A DNA stretch of 63,203 nucleotides, filler included, from Phoronis australis (Eukaryota > Animalia > Phoronida), in assembly GCA_002633005.1 (NCBI GenBank). It is 12 parts of 12 records of this genome, joined end to end, with 100 filler letters (N's around TTAATTAATTAA, not from the genome) between each part and the next. Parts side by side here need not be neighbours in the genome. Positions count along the whole stretch, not along the records: positions 48,210 to 61,670 come from NMRA01001585.1; positions 61,771 to 63,203 come from NMRA01000207.1; 10 more parts are not named here. One strand, 5' to 3'. A program made the translations under genes and the position numbers. The notes under the pieces are model-generated. The model did no database searches, was not told the origin of the DNA, and was given only the letters and a program-made list of their open reading frames with translations. The stretch's first letter is position 1. Every line of letters starts with the position of its first letter. This document shows positions 51,301 to 63,203 of this stretch, piece by piece.

Positions 51301-54300
51301 TCGGGTAATTTATAAAATATCATCCCATTTGTTCATTTCTACAGGTTTTTAGTTTCTGCCAATTCCGTTTGTTGTTACATGGGCTGGTGGTGTTTACAAG
51401 AAAAAAAAATTATTATATACTTCTTGAACTCTGGCCTCAGATAAAAAACCAAAACACGTTGCATAACCAACTACCTGTATGGTGATATGCTTACCCCTGA
51501 ACCTTAGCAAACCCTGTAACCAACTGTTTGCCATAAGTAGCTTTGAATTCATGAAACCTGCTACCATCGGTAATGTGTGAGATCACCTGCAATGTAAAAG
51601 TGACACAAAGACTAAACAGTGCTCATAAGATTACTCTGTCTTCCTTTCATAATGCAGATAGTTTAGTTAGACTAAGCTTATTGTGATGACCTCCCCCCAT
51701 TCAAATTTTACTGTATTCTTTGAGGTTACTAATATCACTCTGAGGGGTGGTTCAAACAAGTCAAGTCGCTCCACTGGGTTGCTCAAGCAAGAGAGGTTGC
51801 AACATATCAATAGACAGTAGTTGCAATTCGCGTCATGTCTCTTTTCAATAGTAACCGACGGAATTTTGCTTTTGAAACAATGAAACAGTTACATTTTCAA
51901 TAATAAATTTTAAATAGTTTTCCTAGTTTGCAGTGACTAAAACTGGCGGAAAAGGGTGCTGTCTCAAACAGGCACTGACGCACATCTCTTTTCCTTAATC
52001 CCCATAAAGTTGGCCATAAAAGTCCAGGCACTGTGTGAAGTGCCTAATGTAATCCAAATTAGTGAGAAGCATTCATAGTTGCCAGGGTGAAAGGCATTAC
52101 CCTTACGGAGATCATTTAATCAGAGATAATTTCACGTAACGCGTGCTGCATCATTGGAATATGAAATTTGACATCTGCAATGATGCCAGAATCAAGTAAC
52201 ACAAATAATACATACGACAACAATTGAGTTGATCAAGTACACAGAATTTGACTAATGCCAGTCGCTCACAGTGTATCACTTCCAGTTTGAATTTTTATGA
52301 ACTTTGCTATGATAAAAACTGACGAAAAAGCTTCAAAACCAGTTCAGAGTCTGTAAAATAAGCCAAATCAGTCAAAAATGCCTCAAAAATGAAAAATTAA
52401 CATTTAAGCCGCACATGAAGTACATAAAACTAAACTTTCAAGAAAACAATAATAACAAAAATGTTGGGTAAAGTAATTCATTTACTCAAAGACTGTGCGG
52501 CAGCTTTTTTGGACATTTCCAACTGTAATCTACAGACAACGAATGATGGGTTGTGGGTGTCTCACACCGTTACGAGAGCCGGAAGAAGCGAAGCGTCGTA
52601 TATAGGAAGGAGATGAAGACCCTAGTCATGATAGGTTTATTGGTTTTGACAAAAATGGACATTTTAATATTTCTGGATCTAGGCATGATCACTGGTGTGT
52701 CCAGGGCACTTAGTTGTTCCGCTATTTCATTGGGTTTGTCTTTGATTAAGTACATTTAATCTTAGATAACAATGTTATTTTGACAGCATATTTTTGATGT
52801 AATTTTGAAGATATCAATACCATATTAACTATTTGCCAGTATTTCATCAATAAATGTTTTAGAAACCAGATTATTCCTAGATATTCACAGTTTCAATGTT
52901 TCTTTTATAATTATTGTAAAGTAAGGAATATACAACCCCACAAAACTGCCTTTTGGGAAACCATCAATGCCTATTTATTTTAGACCAACCAGGAATTTCT
53001 ACTATTTAGATACGTGTGTGTGTGCGTGTGTGTGCCTGTGTTTCATTTGCAAAGATCTTATTGTTTGTAAATATTAGTGTATTTAGAAATAAAATGTATT
53101 ACTTTACCCTACCCCCACCAGAGACTATGAAAGAACTTTTTTCTATCAACAAAAGTGTTGCTGAACTTCCAATACTTACATAACACTTTACAAATCTTAT
53201 AAAAGCCAAAAAACGACAAGGGTGTCAACTAAGTTATAGATTTACTATAGTTTTTACAGAACTGTCACTCACCTCATATGGGTCAATGTTTGCAGAATCA
53301 GGGGAGATGACTCCACAAATGTTTTCCGGGTCATACAGAGGCGGCTCAACGCTGTCTGGCCTATTGGACTCTGGCATGTTAAGAGAAGCCACGATATCTC
53401 GGCCCATTTCAAAAGCTTCTTCTTCATTTGTGGCGAAGTAGTCAGTACAACCACTCACACTGTTGGGAATAAATTCATTCTTACACGACAAGATTCAACT
53501 TTTAATTGTTTTATTAGCCCTGGTTATCATGTCAAATACTGAATTAAATTCAATAGACCGTTTAAAATTAAATTAAATTTAACTGACCAAGGGACTCGAA
53601 CATGGTAAGCCAGAGGGACTCAGAACATAGTAAGTTGTTGTATCAATTCCAGATATAAGAACGGTAAAATTTTACCAATTTAGGACATTTTTTTCTTGTT
53701 TTTCATAAAAGATAAGTAGCACGAAATAGAGATGCTATGCCATTCTTGAGTCGCATGCCATAGTTTTCATCAGGCAATGTTTTGGGAATCCGGGAACATC
53801 CACAAGAAGGTACACTTTTCTACAATTACTTTTGCCCGAAATTGGTGAGATGTTACCATAGTCTAGGATATGTGTGGTATTCTCTTAATTTGTCAAATTG
53901 TGATTTGGGGGATAAATGTAATTAACAGGAGTATGGCAAAGTGACAAGCATTAGAAATTCTCGCTCATAAAAATGTAATGCGATTGGCGACTTTTCTGTC
54001 TACGGTTAACTTACAATAGACATTTGAAACAGGAAATCATCATGTCTGCTAATTCGAAACTCGAGACCCAAGATGCCACCAGAAATCTTGACCTACTCAT
54101 GTTTGTTCACTGAGCATTACGGCGTTTTTCCGTAGCTCCCAACTTGTTCGATCCTATAGCCCAACAAGTTGGGAAGTTTACCCCTGTAGCCAATATCTTA
54201 CACGACTGATTAACTCCATTCTGGCATTTATGGTTGGAGGGCCAGCTCTCTTTTGTTCGATAATTGCTCTAATCTCCAATAAAAGATCGTATCTACCCTG

Positions 54301-56947
54301 ACTGGGCTGTGCTGTTAAAAATAAAAGTTAAGTTATAACATACTTGAACATAAACCAATAGCATTTCTGAAATCTTCGTCAAATGGTGATCATGTTTAGT
54401 TTTTGAATCGCCATAATCGCCCAACTGCAACCGAAGTTATGACAATCTATTCTTTCCGAATACACCAATTCACTCTTAGTTTGACTGTGTCCACACGTGG
54501 TCTGTAATAAGCCTGGTAGATAATTGGCCTGCTTGTTGTCATAACAAACAAAAGAGTTTGCTTGGCAGTTAATAAAGAAGCTAGATGTCATCACATGCTC
54601 AGAACCCCCTACGTCTGGTAAAGTCACTGAAGGGGAAAACGCCGTCATGGATATATACCTTGAGTGTAAGGTGGCGCCACCTAGATCCTCAGCGGACACT
54701 ACTTCTCCTGTAGCTGCTTGCACTAGTGGAGGTCCACCAAGAAATATGGTACCGATCTTGTGAACAATGACTGCTTCATCAGCCATAGTAGGTAAATAAG
54801 CACCCCCCGCAGTGCAGCTACCACACACTATGGCCACCTATTGAAGAAAGATTAAACCATGATATCAAGATGCCACTGAATGTAATTTTGAAAGTAACAA
54901 TTAATACTTGATGAGAGGCATAACTGCCACCTGTTTCATTACCTGAGGAATGTTCATAGAAGACATGATGGCTTCATTGTAAAAGGTACGGCCTCCAGGA
55001 AGAAATATTTCAGACTGAAATTAAATAAATTAAAAATATTAGCCTGCAGTGATAAGACTTTAGTTCATAAAATTCAGGCAATATAATAAGACAACTCCTA
55101 CCAACATTATTCAGTGAACATGATAGACAGACGGTTAGACAAAGAGAGAGAAATCACCAAGTAAACTAATTAAAGCAAACAATAGTTGTTATGACAGCTC
55201 AAACCCCTTAAGGATAAATATTGTTTTTTTTGAAAGAGCAAACTGTTTGGCAGACACACCCTCATAAATGTACTTCCACAGTACATTTGAAAATATTGAA
55301 ATTCTAGACCATCCCTTAAAAGGTAATGGTCACTTACAGGGAGACAAAATTCAAGCGAGACTGGACTTCACAAGTGTGCGGGTGTTTTGAAGGAAATCTC
55401 GATCATATAAATTGGGGATCGGTGCTAAACCAAACAATGGCGGTTAACAAAGAAAAATTGAAATTTTCGCAACAAGCATTACAGCCACACAAGAATCCTA
55501 TTCGCTTGGTTTGTATTGAGGAGAGGAAACAAAAACAACATCTGGTAATTAAAAAATTTGCTGCCACAAGGTAAGCAGTATTTGTGAAAATTGAACAATG
55601 AAAGCACAAAAGTGACCTCTTCTTGATCCCAGCTCAGATTTAGTGAACAGAAATTTAATTACTACATTGTTCTCCAATAATTCCACTGTCCATCCCTACC
55701 ATAGTGTGATTAGTTTAAGTTCATCAATTTATTTTAGGTTTTTGACACTGGCTGGTGTCGAAATTCTTCTGCTTTATCAGTTGCAGCCACTGGCTTTGTC
55801 GTGTATTCTTCTTCGCAGTGGGAAACGGATGGAACACGATGTCTTTGTTTATCCATTCATATTTCAAAAGGTTTGCTTTTTTCCATAAGGCATTAATACA
55901 TCACGCTGTTTATACCAGCCGGTTGAAACTACATGTATGCATTACACGAGATCTGTAGGTGGCGCTAAACGCCTGTCCACCAAAGACCCGATCGCTGTCT
56001 GGTGGGATAGTGGACTTAAATATGGCGCGGTTATATCAAAATTCACCTAAAGTATTCCTACATCCATTTTTGTGTAAAATAATTGAGGAATTACCATCAG
56101 CGTGGAATAAAAGTACCTGCAGAGGCAGAAAGGCCCCACCGCTGTCAACCAGATAAATGCAAGGTAACTTATTTTCTTGAGCAATTTCCTGAATGCGCAG
56201 TTGTTTTTTGACACCAATTGGGAACAAGGTACCCCCCTTTACAGTGGCATCATTAGCACCAATCATGCAGCGGACTCCATGGACCCGGCCAATACCTGAA
56301 ATTACACGTAAAATTAAGATTGTATAAAGTCACAACTGCCAACAACAATGGTAACAGTTACTTACAATGGTCCTGCATTCTAAGAACCAATTTTCTCCAC
56401 TGAATGACTGGTTCTCAACTGAATTATGCAAGTCACCCCTGTAATTCACTNATATGTTTTGATGTTGAGCACCGTCTGGCGGGTTTATTCAAAAACACAA
56501 ATTACTGAAAAAGAAGCCATACAACTACGGAACACTACACACAACAACACTTCTCTTCATACCAGCCACAAGTCCAGCTGCTGGGATGTCGCCATAGTCC
56601 ATTCCCATGCCAGCAAAAGGAGACAATTCCAAGAAGTCACCATCATCGTCCAAAAGTCGACTTATCCTTTCTCGAGCTAAAAGTTTCTTTTGTTGTTTGT
56701 GACGCGCAGTTGCCTTCTCTCCACCTCCCAGATGGACAGCACTTAAGACAGTGTTATATTTTTCTTCTAGTGATTTACAATACTCTGCATTCTCCAAAAA
56801 TGAGCTGGATTTGTTGTCCAAGTTGGAAATCAGTTGTCGAAAATATTTTTGTTTCCGCTGCTGAATTTTAGCGCTTGGTTCAGCTGAAAAAGCCCGTAAA
56901 AGAAAAGGTGTCCTCAAAGTACGAGAAAAGGAACATAACATAAACAT
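48317..56947 (-). CDS. MCCC2-like: Methylcrotonoyl-CoA carboxylase beta chain-like (acyl-CoA carboxyltransferase), divergent paralogue; 8 exons, 3' incomplete
   Basis: Exons 56563-56947, 56117-56295, 54943-55014, 54659-54837, 53273-53459, 51495-51586, 49754-49911, 48317-48438 all have GT-AG ends and join in frame; motifs [56 protein letters not shown]; Arg/Ser/Leu-rich N-terminus resembling a mitochondrial presequence. Confidence 0.93.
48840..49275. repeat. Perfect 27-bp minisatellite, 16 copies (intronic)
   Basis: (tgatccactgaataacgggcatcaatc)x16. Confidence 0.97.
50020..50230 (+). mobile_element. Possible Crypton-like tyrosine recombinase C-terminal remnant
   Basis: KHFAKQAVM...LT...AR...[11 protein letters not shown] resembles the box II region (I..SGH+S); catalytic residues are decayed. 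Confidence 0.4.
50690..51090 (+). mobile_element. LINE reverse transcriptase remnant (intronic)
   Basis: [23 protein letters not shown]...G and GTRQGCPLS. Confidence 0.85.
52500..52980 (-). mobile_element. Possible LINE AP-endonuclease remnant (intronic)
   Basis: Decayed GLYIP...PRSR...N...SLSVDY pattern. Confidence 0.35.
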
Positions 56948-57341
56948 TGCTATTTGCAAAATCCAACAATTTTGGCTATCGCACCACACGGTACATCATC
57001 GGTAGCAAGGGGAGTTCTCGCATTGAAAGACGAATCCATTGCAATCTACAAAACTAGGGTAGCTTTTTACAAAATATACATTAAAATTCAAAACTACAAT
57101 ATCAAAATAAAAAAATACATTCCAAGACCTACTTAGTAAATTTAGGCAACCTATGTATTGTTGATAGACTTGATGTGTTGCAGATATTTAGTTTTAGAAA
57201 GGTTTTGATATAGATTTGTCCCTCTATAATAATGGACTCCACCTGCCTCACTAGCGACATCTACGCAGAAAAATGGCGGCCTCCATATAGTTCTTCAAAG
57301 TTTGTTAAGAATATTTGGATTTGTATTAGTTAGAGCTATCG
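56948..57341. promoter_or_regulatory. Bidirectional promoter MCCC2-like / DMAP1, with YY1 site and probable non-coding DMAP1 exon 1
   Basis: AAAATGGCGGC (YY1 consensus) at ~57270, then a CG|gtaggt donor at ~57342; ATG of the opposite gene ~320 bp away. Confidence 0.6.
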
Positions 57342-57384
57342 GTAGGTGCTTTAGAATGTATTTTTTAATTATTGCACCCCAAAT

Positions 57385-58833
57385 CACCCAGAAGTCCAAG
57401 TTCACTCCTGGGGTATTTGGTTGATGTTAGATGTCTGTCACCTTGTTTGTTTTGTTTGGTAATCTACCGCCGTGGCTCAGTTTGAAGCGCCACCTAGGTA
57501 GTGTAGTAGTTTCAGAATGAACCAGCTTTTAGTTAGTATGTTTTTGAAACTTTGGTTTCCAGATTTTTAGGAACTGTTTTATAATAATAAGTCAAATAGT
57601 CGGCACACTGAGGCAATGCTACTGCAACAGAATGGTGACATAATGACAATTTCATAGCAGACATCTGGCTGGAAATCACATTTAGTTTACTCAAGTCAAG
57701 CTAGGAACCAGTACTGCTTCATAGAGTCAAGGAAGAGTGTAGTGTCAGATTTTTGCCCATATCATTCTGAAGCTGTATATTTGTATTGATACAGCTTCGT
57801 TCCAAGGCTAGATCTCGGTGTATTGGGCTAACTGAAAGTTTTCTCCAGAATCCGGAGATACTATTTCAGTGAAAGTACACTAAAACCACGAAACCTTGAA
57901 TATTTTAAATGTTTAGGTCAAATTATAAAACCATGTCACAAGAACGTGATGGACAGCAATGGACTTCTTTTGATGTGGAACTTGCCACGCAAAACAAGAC
58001 AGTGACGTCTCACACTTTGATTGAGTGCTGTGGCTGCGTATGAATACGTTTCTTTTAAAGAAGGAAGAACTATTTCTGACTTAATCTTTTTTCTGATAGG
58101 AAGCCACATCATGANCACCCAGAAGTCCAAGTTCACTCCTGGGGTATTTGGTTGATGTTAGATGTCCGTCCCCTTGTTTGTTTTGTTTGGTAATCTACCG
58201 CCGTGGCTCAGTTTGAAGCGCCACCTAGGTAGTGTAGTAGTTTCAGAATGAACCAGCTTTTAGTTAGTATGTTTTTGAAACTTTGGTTTCCAGATTTTTA
58301 GGAACTGTTTTAAAATAATAAGTCACTTACTCAAATAGTCGGCACACTGAGGCAATGCTACTGCTACAGAATGGTGACATAATGACAGCTGGCTGGAAAT
58401 CACTTTTAGTTTACTCAAGTCAAGCTAGGAACCAGTACTGGTTTCTAGAGTCAAGGAAGAGTGTAGTGTCAGATTTTTTCCCACATCATTCTGAAGCTGT
58501 ATATTTATATTTATACAGCTTCGTTCCAAGGCTAGGTCTCGGTGTATTGGGTTAACTGAAAGTTTTCTCCAGAATCCGGAGATACTATTTCAGTGAAAGT
58601 ACACTTAAACCACGAAACCTTGAATATTTTAAATGTTTAGGTCAAATTATCAAACCATGTCACAAGAACGTGATGGACAGCAATGGACTTCTTTTGATGT
58701 GGAACTTGCCACGCAAAACAAGACAGTCTCATACTTTGATTGAGTGCTGTGGCTGAGTATGAATACGTTTCTTTTAAAGAAGGAAGAACTATTTCTGACT
58801 TAATCTTTTTTCTGATAGGAAGCCACATCATGA
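57385..58833. other. ~720-bp tandem duplication across a single N (two haplotypes)
   Basis: 57385-58114 vs 58116-58833, joined by n at 58115, with scattered SNPs and small indels. Confidence 0.85.
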
Positions 58834-58919
58834 CGACTGGAGCAGATGCAAAAGACATCCTGGACCTGGACATCTCACAGACACCTGAGAGTGTCAGGGA
58901 CAGTATAATGTCTGAGAAG
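58830..58919 (+). CDS. DMAP1: DNA methyltransferase 1-associated protein 1, first coding exon
   Basis: MTTGADAKDILDL...RDSIMSEK resembles the conserved DMAP1 start MATGADVRDILEL; acceptor tctgatag before 58819, AAG|gtgact donor. Confidence 0.75.
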
Positions 58920-58995
58920 GTGACTTGTTGATTTGTTTGTTGTTGTGGAGAATGGGTTTCTGGCAAAAATAAGATGTTGTGCTTCGTGTTGACTT

Positions 58996-61160
58996 TTCAA
59001 TATTACCCAATATCTTCATCCATCATATAGCCAGTATACAAATGCAATAAATATGTACAAAGTTGAGAAAACTCCATAATCATTACTCAACATCATAATA
59101 CAGTTCTGAACGTCCATCCTTTACCACAGCTCCTTTTGTATGCCCCAATGTTCCTGTTTAGTGACCTCTCTACATGATATTGCTTTGTAAGTAGTGACTT
59201 GGATTAACATCTTAACGCAGTTATTGTCCTGGTCAAGGATCCATTTTCGTACCCACGATGTCTGTTTCATTGCCACTGGCGATAAAGTGAAGCACAGCAT
59301 CTTGTTTTTGCCATTTAGTTTTTACTGACCATATGGCCAGGAACTGACACGACTTTCTTAACCACATGCGTCTTCATGCAGCCATGCAATAACCTTGCTG
59401 CATGCAGCTTTATGCAGTAACCCAACAAGTTAATAAGCCCGCGTTCCATGGTTACGACATGGGAAAGGGGATAGAGTTGGTGAAGAAATTAGGTCAAATC
59501 TTTGATATGTGGTGTAAATATGTTAAATTATATGTATTTGTGTGTTATTAGTCACATTTGCTTCACTGAGTAAACACAGTACAACAGTACAAGATGTACA
59601 CAATGGGACAAAGTACTGTTTTCCTATCTAACGGGTAATTATGTTAAAAACAAAATTCTAATTACCGTACTAACTTGTTAATTCTCCTTAATTCTCAGTC
59701 ATCAGGGGAGACTACTCTGATGATGAGTTTGGCTTCAGGCCTGCCATCATGACAGGGAATTCTGGGTCATTTTGTCTGAATGCTTCTAGCTTGTACTGTA
59801 TGAGGTTGTAAGCTTCATCACAGCAATCTCGGCTAATAACAATCATCCATGTGGAAACTTGTGTCTCAGTTACAGGCTTCTGTCATGTGACCTTGTACAA
59901 GTAGTCATATACTTCTGTCATGTGGCCTTGTACAAGTATTCATATACTTCTGTCATGTGGCCTTGTACAAGTAGTCATATACTTCTGTCATGTGGCCTTG
60001 TACAAGTAGTCATATACTTCTGTCATGTGGCCTTGTACAAGTAGTCATATACTTCTGTCATGTGGNTTCAATATTACCCAATATCTTCATCCATCATATA
60101 GCCAGTATACAAATGCAATAAATATGTACAAAGTTGAGAAAAGTCCATAATCATTACTCAACATCATAATACAGTTCTGAACGTCCATCCTCTACCACAG
60201 CTCCTTTTGTATGCCCCAACGTTCCTGTTTAGTGACCTCTCTGCATGATATTGCTTCATAAGTAGTGACTTGGATTAACATCTTAACGCAGTTATTGTCC
60301 TGGTCAAGGATCCATTTTCGTACCCAAGATGTCTGTTTCATTGCCACTGGCGATAAAGTGAAGCACAGCATCTTGTTTTTGCCATTTAGTTTTTACTGAC
60401 CATATGGCCAGGAACTGACATGACTTTCTTAACCACATGTGTCTTGATGCAGCCATGCAATAACCTTGTTGCATGCAGCCTTATGCAGTAACCCAACAAG
60501 TTAATAAGCCCGCGTGCCATGGTTATGACATGGGAAAGGGGATAGAGTTGGTGAAGAAATTTGGTCAAATCTTTGATATGTGGTGTAAATATGTTAAATT
60601 ATATGTATTTGCTTCACTGAGTAAACACAGTACAACAGTACAAGATGTACACAATGGGACTAAGTACTGTTTTCCTGTCTAACGGGTAATTATGTTAAAA
60701 ACAAAATTCTAATTACCGTACTAACTTGTTAATTCTCCTTAATTCTCAGTCATCAGGGGAGACTACTCTGATGATGAGTTTGGCTTCAGGCCTGCCATCG
60801 TGACAGGGAATTCTGGGTCATTTTGTCTGAATGCTTCTAGCTTGTACTGTATGAGGTTGTAAGCTTCATCACAGCAATCTCGGCTAATAACAATCATAGA
60901 TGTGGAAACTTGTGTCTCAGTTACATGCTTCTGTCATGTGGCCATGTACAAGTAGTCATATACTTCTGTCATGTGGCCTTGTACAGGTAGTCATATACTT
61001 CTGTCATGTGGCCTTGTACAAGTAGTCATATGCTTCTGTCATGTGGCCTTGTACAAGTAGTCATATACTTCTGTCATGTGGCCATGTACAAGTAGTCATA
61101 TACTTCTGTCATGGGGCCTTGTACAAGTAGTCATATACTTGTCATGCGGCCTTGTACAAG
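58996..61160. other. ~1.07-kb tandem duplication across a single N (two haplotypes)
   Basis: 58996-60065 vs 60067 onward, n at 60066. Confidence 0.85.
59877..60065. repeat. 35-bp minisatellite (second array ~60928-61160)
   Basis: acttctgtcatgtggccttgtacaagtagtcatat repeated ~5 and ~6.5 times. Confidence 0.93.
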
Positions 61161-62137
61161 TGGGTACCAACCTCTGTCGGGGATTAACCTGCAGTGGACT
61201 TGTGCCCAATCCAGGTTGAGATGAGACTCTTATCTGCTCACCCTACAGAACCAGGGTTACTGTAGCACATGGCCCAATGAGCTTACATCTTTATTTCAAA
61301 GTACACCATCTTTCTCCAGTGTATGTCAAAAGATTATGATTGTAATTACTTAGAGTATAATTTATTACTAGTAGACTAATTTCAATTTTGACTGTCTGAT
61401 TTTAATTTTTTATCAATTTTATGCCACCGCTGATTGTGGTGTTACATAACCACTTCATTTTTTGTGATTTTGTGCATTCCTTATCCAACTGCTTACAATT
61501 ACTGTTAAACTTTATTTTGAAATATTTTTTATTGTTCAACCACAGCTTCAGTGTGCAGTGCTTGTATCTTTATATTGTCTTTTGCATTTCTTGGAAATGT
61601 GTCCAGGTTTCTCGAAGGACATCCTTAAGTGAAAGCTCAATGGTTTTACGGTCTTGCAGAAAAAGCCTGTNNNNNNNNNNNNNNNNNNNNNNNNNNNNNN
61701 NNNNNNNNNNNNNNTTAATTAATTAANNNNNNNNNNNNNNNNNNNNNNNNNNNNNNNNNNNNNNNNNNNNCCGTCAACTTCCTGATGAAAAACTTTACAA
61801 TCATCTACTTGATCTAAAACTTGACCACCGTTTACATGTACCTGATAAAAACATTTGGCCATTGAAATGGAAATGAGTTCCACAAGATGCACCGGATCAC
61901 TGTTATACTATGACTATAGTTAACCCTGCTTATGTAGATTTTTTCTCTATTTGAGTGACACCTTGTATTAGGGTAGCATATTTCCTTAGCACTGAGAATG
62001 ACAGTGGAGCTGTTGAAACATGTTGCACCACTCTGATGTCACGTGGGAAAGTGAGAAGTGTCACAGCAAGGTCAAATATACCGTTGCCATAACTACCACA
62101 AACGGAACGTCTCGACATATTTTATTCTATATGCGTG

Positions 62138-62361
62138 CACCCAGCCTAAAAATGGGGGATCTAATATTTGAGAATGTGGTCCTTTTTCTAAGATTCACAG
62201 GGTACGTTCAGAGCTATGAATTGTGCATTTGCCGAATGTTTGTAGTTCCTGACTTTTGATTGGACTTTTTGTCGTTTTCTACTTTTCGGAGTTTTTGTTT
62301 CTCTGAGGCGGACCTATTTGCCCACTTTTCCACTCGAGAACGCCCCCCCCCGGGGTGCGGA
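62138..62361 (+). repeat. Interspersed ~250-bp repeat, copy 3
   Basis: cacccagcctaaaaatggggg...gttcaga.ctatgaattgtgcatt...gaggcggacct...ggggtgcgga as in 129-380. Confidence 0.8.
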
Positions 62362-62888
62362 CATATTATTTTGCATTGAACCACGGCAGACGGACAGCAA
62401 TATCTGACAATTTTTTCAAACTAAACATGATGGAGGGCGACTAATTGGTTGCCCGACTCTACCTAGGATGTATCAACCAATAAGTGCTTGATACGCGAGA
62501 TCAGCTTATTACCATATTACCGGATGTTGTTTGCGAGGGTGCTAATTTGACAGATGATTGAATGGTTGTAATGCGCTTTAAATTCGTATTTTAGCTCAAA
62601 ACGTCTGTCATAACAACTTTTTCGACATGTTCCAGTTTATAGTCAAATGCGAAAGCCGTTTACGAAGTCGCATATGACTAATAGGGGATATTGACAGGGA
62701 TAATACACACTTCGATTAGTCGCATACGACTGCGAAGACAACTATCCTATACGACTAATCGGATACGAAGTTTATAAGTTAAGAAGTCGCATGCAATTTG
62801 CCGGTTGAAGTAGGTAAGCACATTTAAATAATATTCTACAATCAAACCAAACAAAAGACTGGGTGTTTAAACAGAGATTTACACTCAC

Positions 62889-63203
62889 TCGCTTTGCACA
62901 GAATGCGTCGTGCTAAGTTTTGCTCTTTAATCGTCCACTGGTTCGGACTATCGGTGTTCAAAAAGGCAGCTGGTGAATTGCCTAGATTTGCCTTCTTAAT
63001 GGAATCAGCTCCTCTATCAAATATCGTCAGTTTGTTGTCAGACCACGACCAGTTATCAGCTTCTATCTTCAAGCCTATCATTACGTCAACGCTCTTCATC
63101 TTTTTTTTCTCCCTGTAAAAATCAGAAGTCATACACTTGAAAACACTAGGGTAATCGTAGGAAGAAGGTACCATGGTCTGAGGCTGTCTCTCTCTCTCTC
63201 TCT
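62889..63203 (-). CDS. C-type lectin-like domain exon (5' end may lie outside the window)
   Basis: VMIGL...NWSWSD...AFL...QW...RRILCK matches the WIGL / W.W.D / W / FICK scaffold; phase-1 donor A|gtgagt. Confidence 0.6.

Noticed and set aside
57936-58136. Apparent second DMAP1 start
   Set aside because: Truncated at a single-N join; allelic overlap artefact.
59700-61670. Possible minus-strand LINE remnants in the DMAP1 intron
   Set aside because: Too decayed to assign without a profile search.

Overview
Gapped draft scaffold from an AT-rich animal genome, probably a marine invertebrate. Eleven of the twelve multi-base gaps are artificial 100-nt N44-TTAATTAATTAA-N44 spacers, and three single-N joins duplicate allelic sequence. 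Host genes I can support by manual splicing: (1) a divergent methylcrotonyl-CoA carboxylase beta-like gene (minus strand, 8 exons, 48317-56947; 3' end probably in a gap); (2) the first coding exon of DMAP1, head-to-head with it across a short bidirectional promoter; (3) a small cysteine-rich WAP four-disulfide-core gene built from micro-exons (minus, 25483-30496), whose 5' end has a reading-frame puzzle (signal peptide in a shifted frame, or two in-frame TGA codons); (4) a C-type-lectin-like exon at the right edge. The rest is mostly decayed mobile DNA: a Helentron/DINE-1-like tandem array, a THAP-bearing Kolobok-like element, P-like, ISL2EU-like, hAT and Crypton-like remnants, HERO-type and other LINE fragments, a Penelope-type minimal hammerhead ribozyme, MITEs and minisatellites. 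No rRNA, tRNA or CRISPR features were seen. All calls are by eye; no database searches were run.
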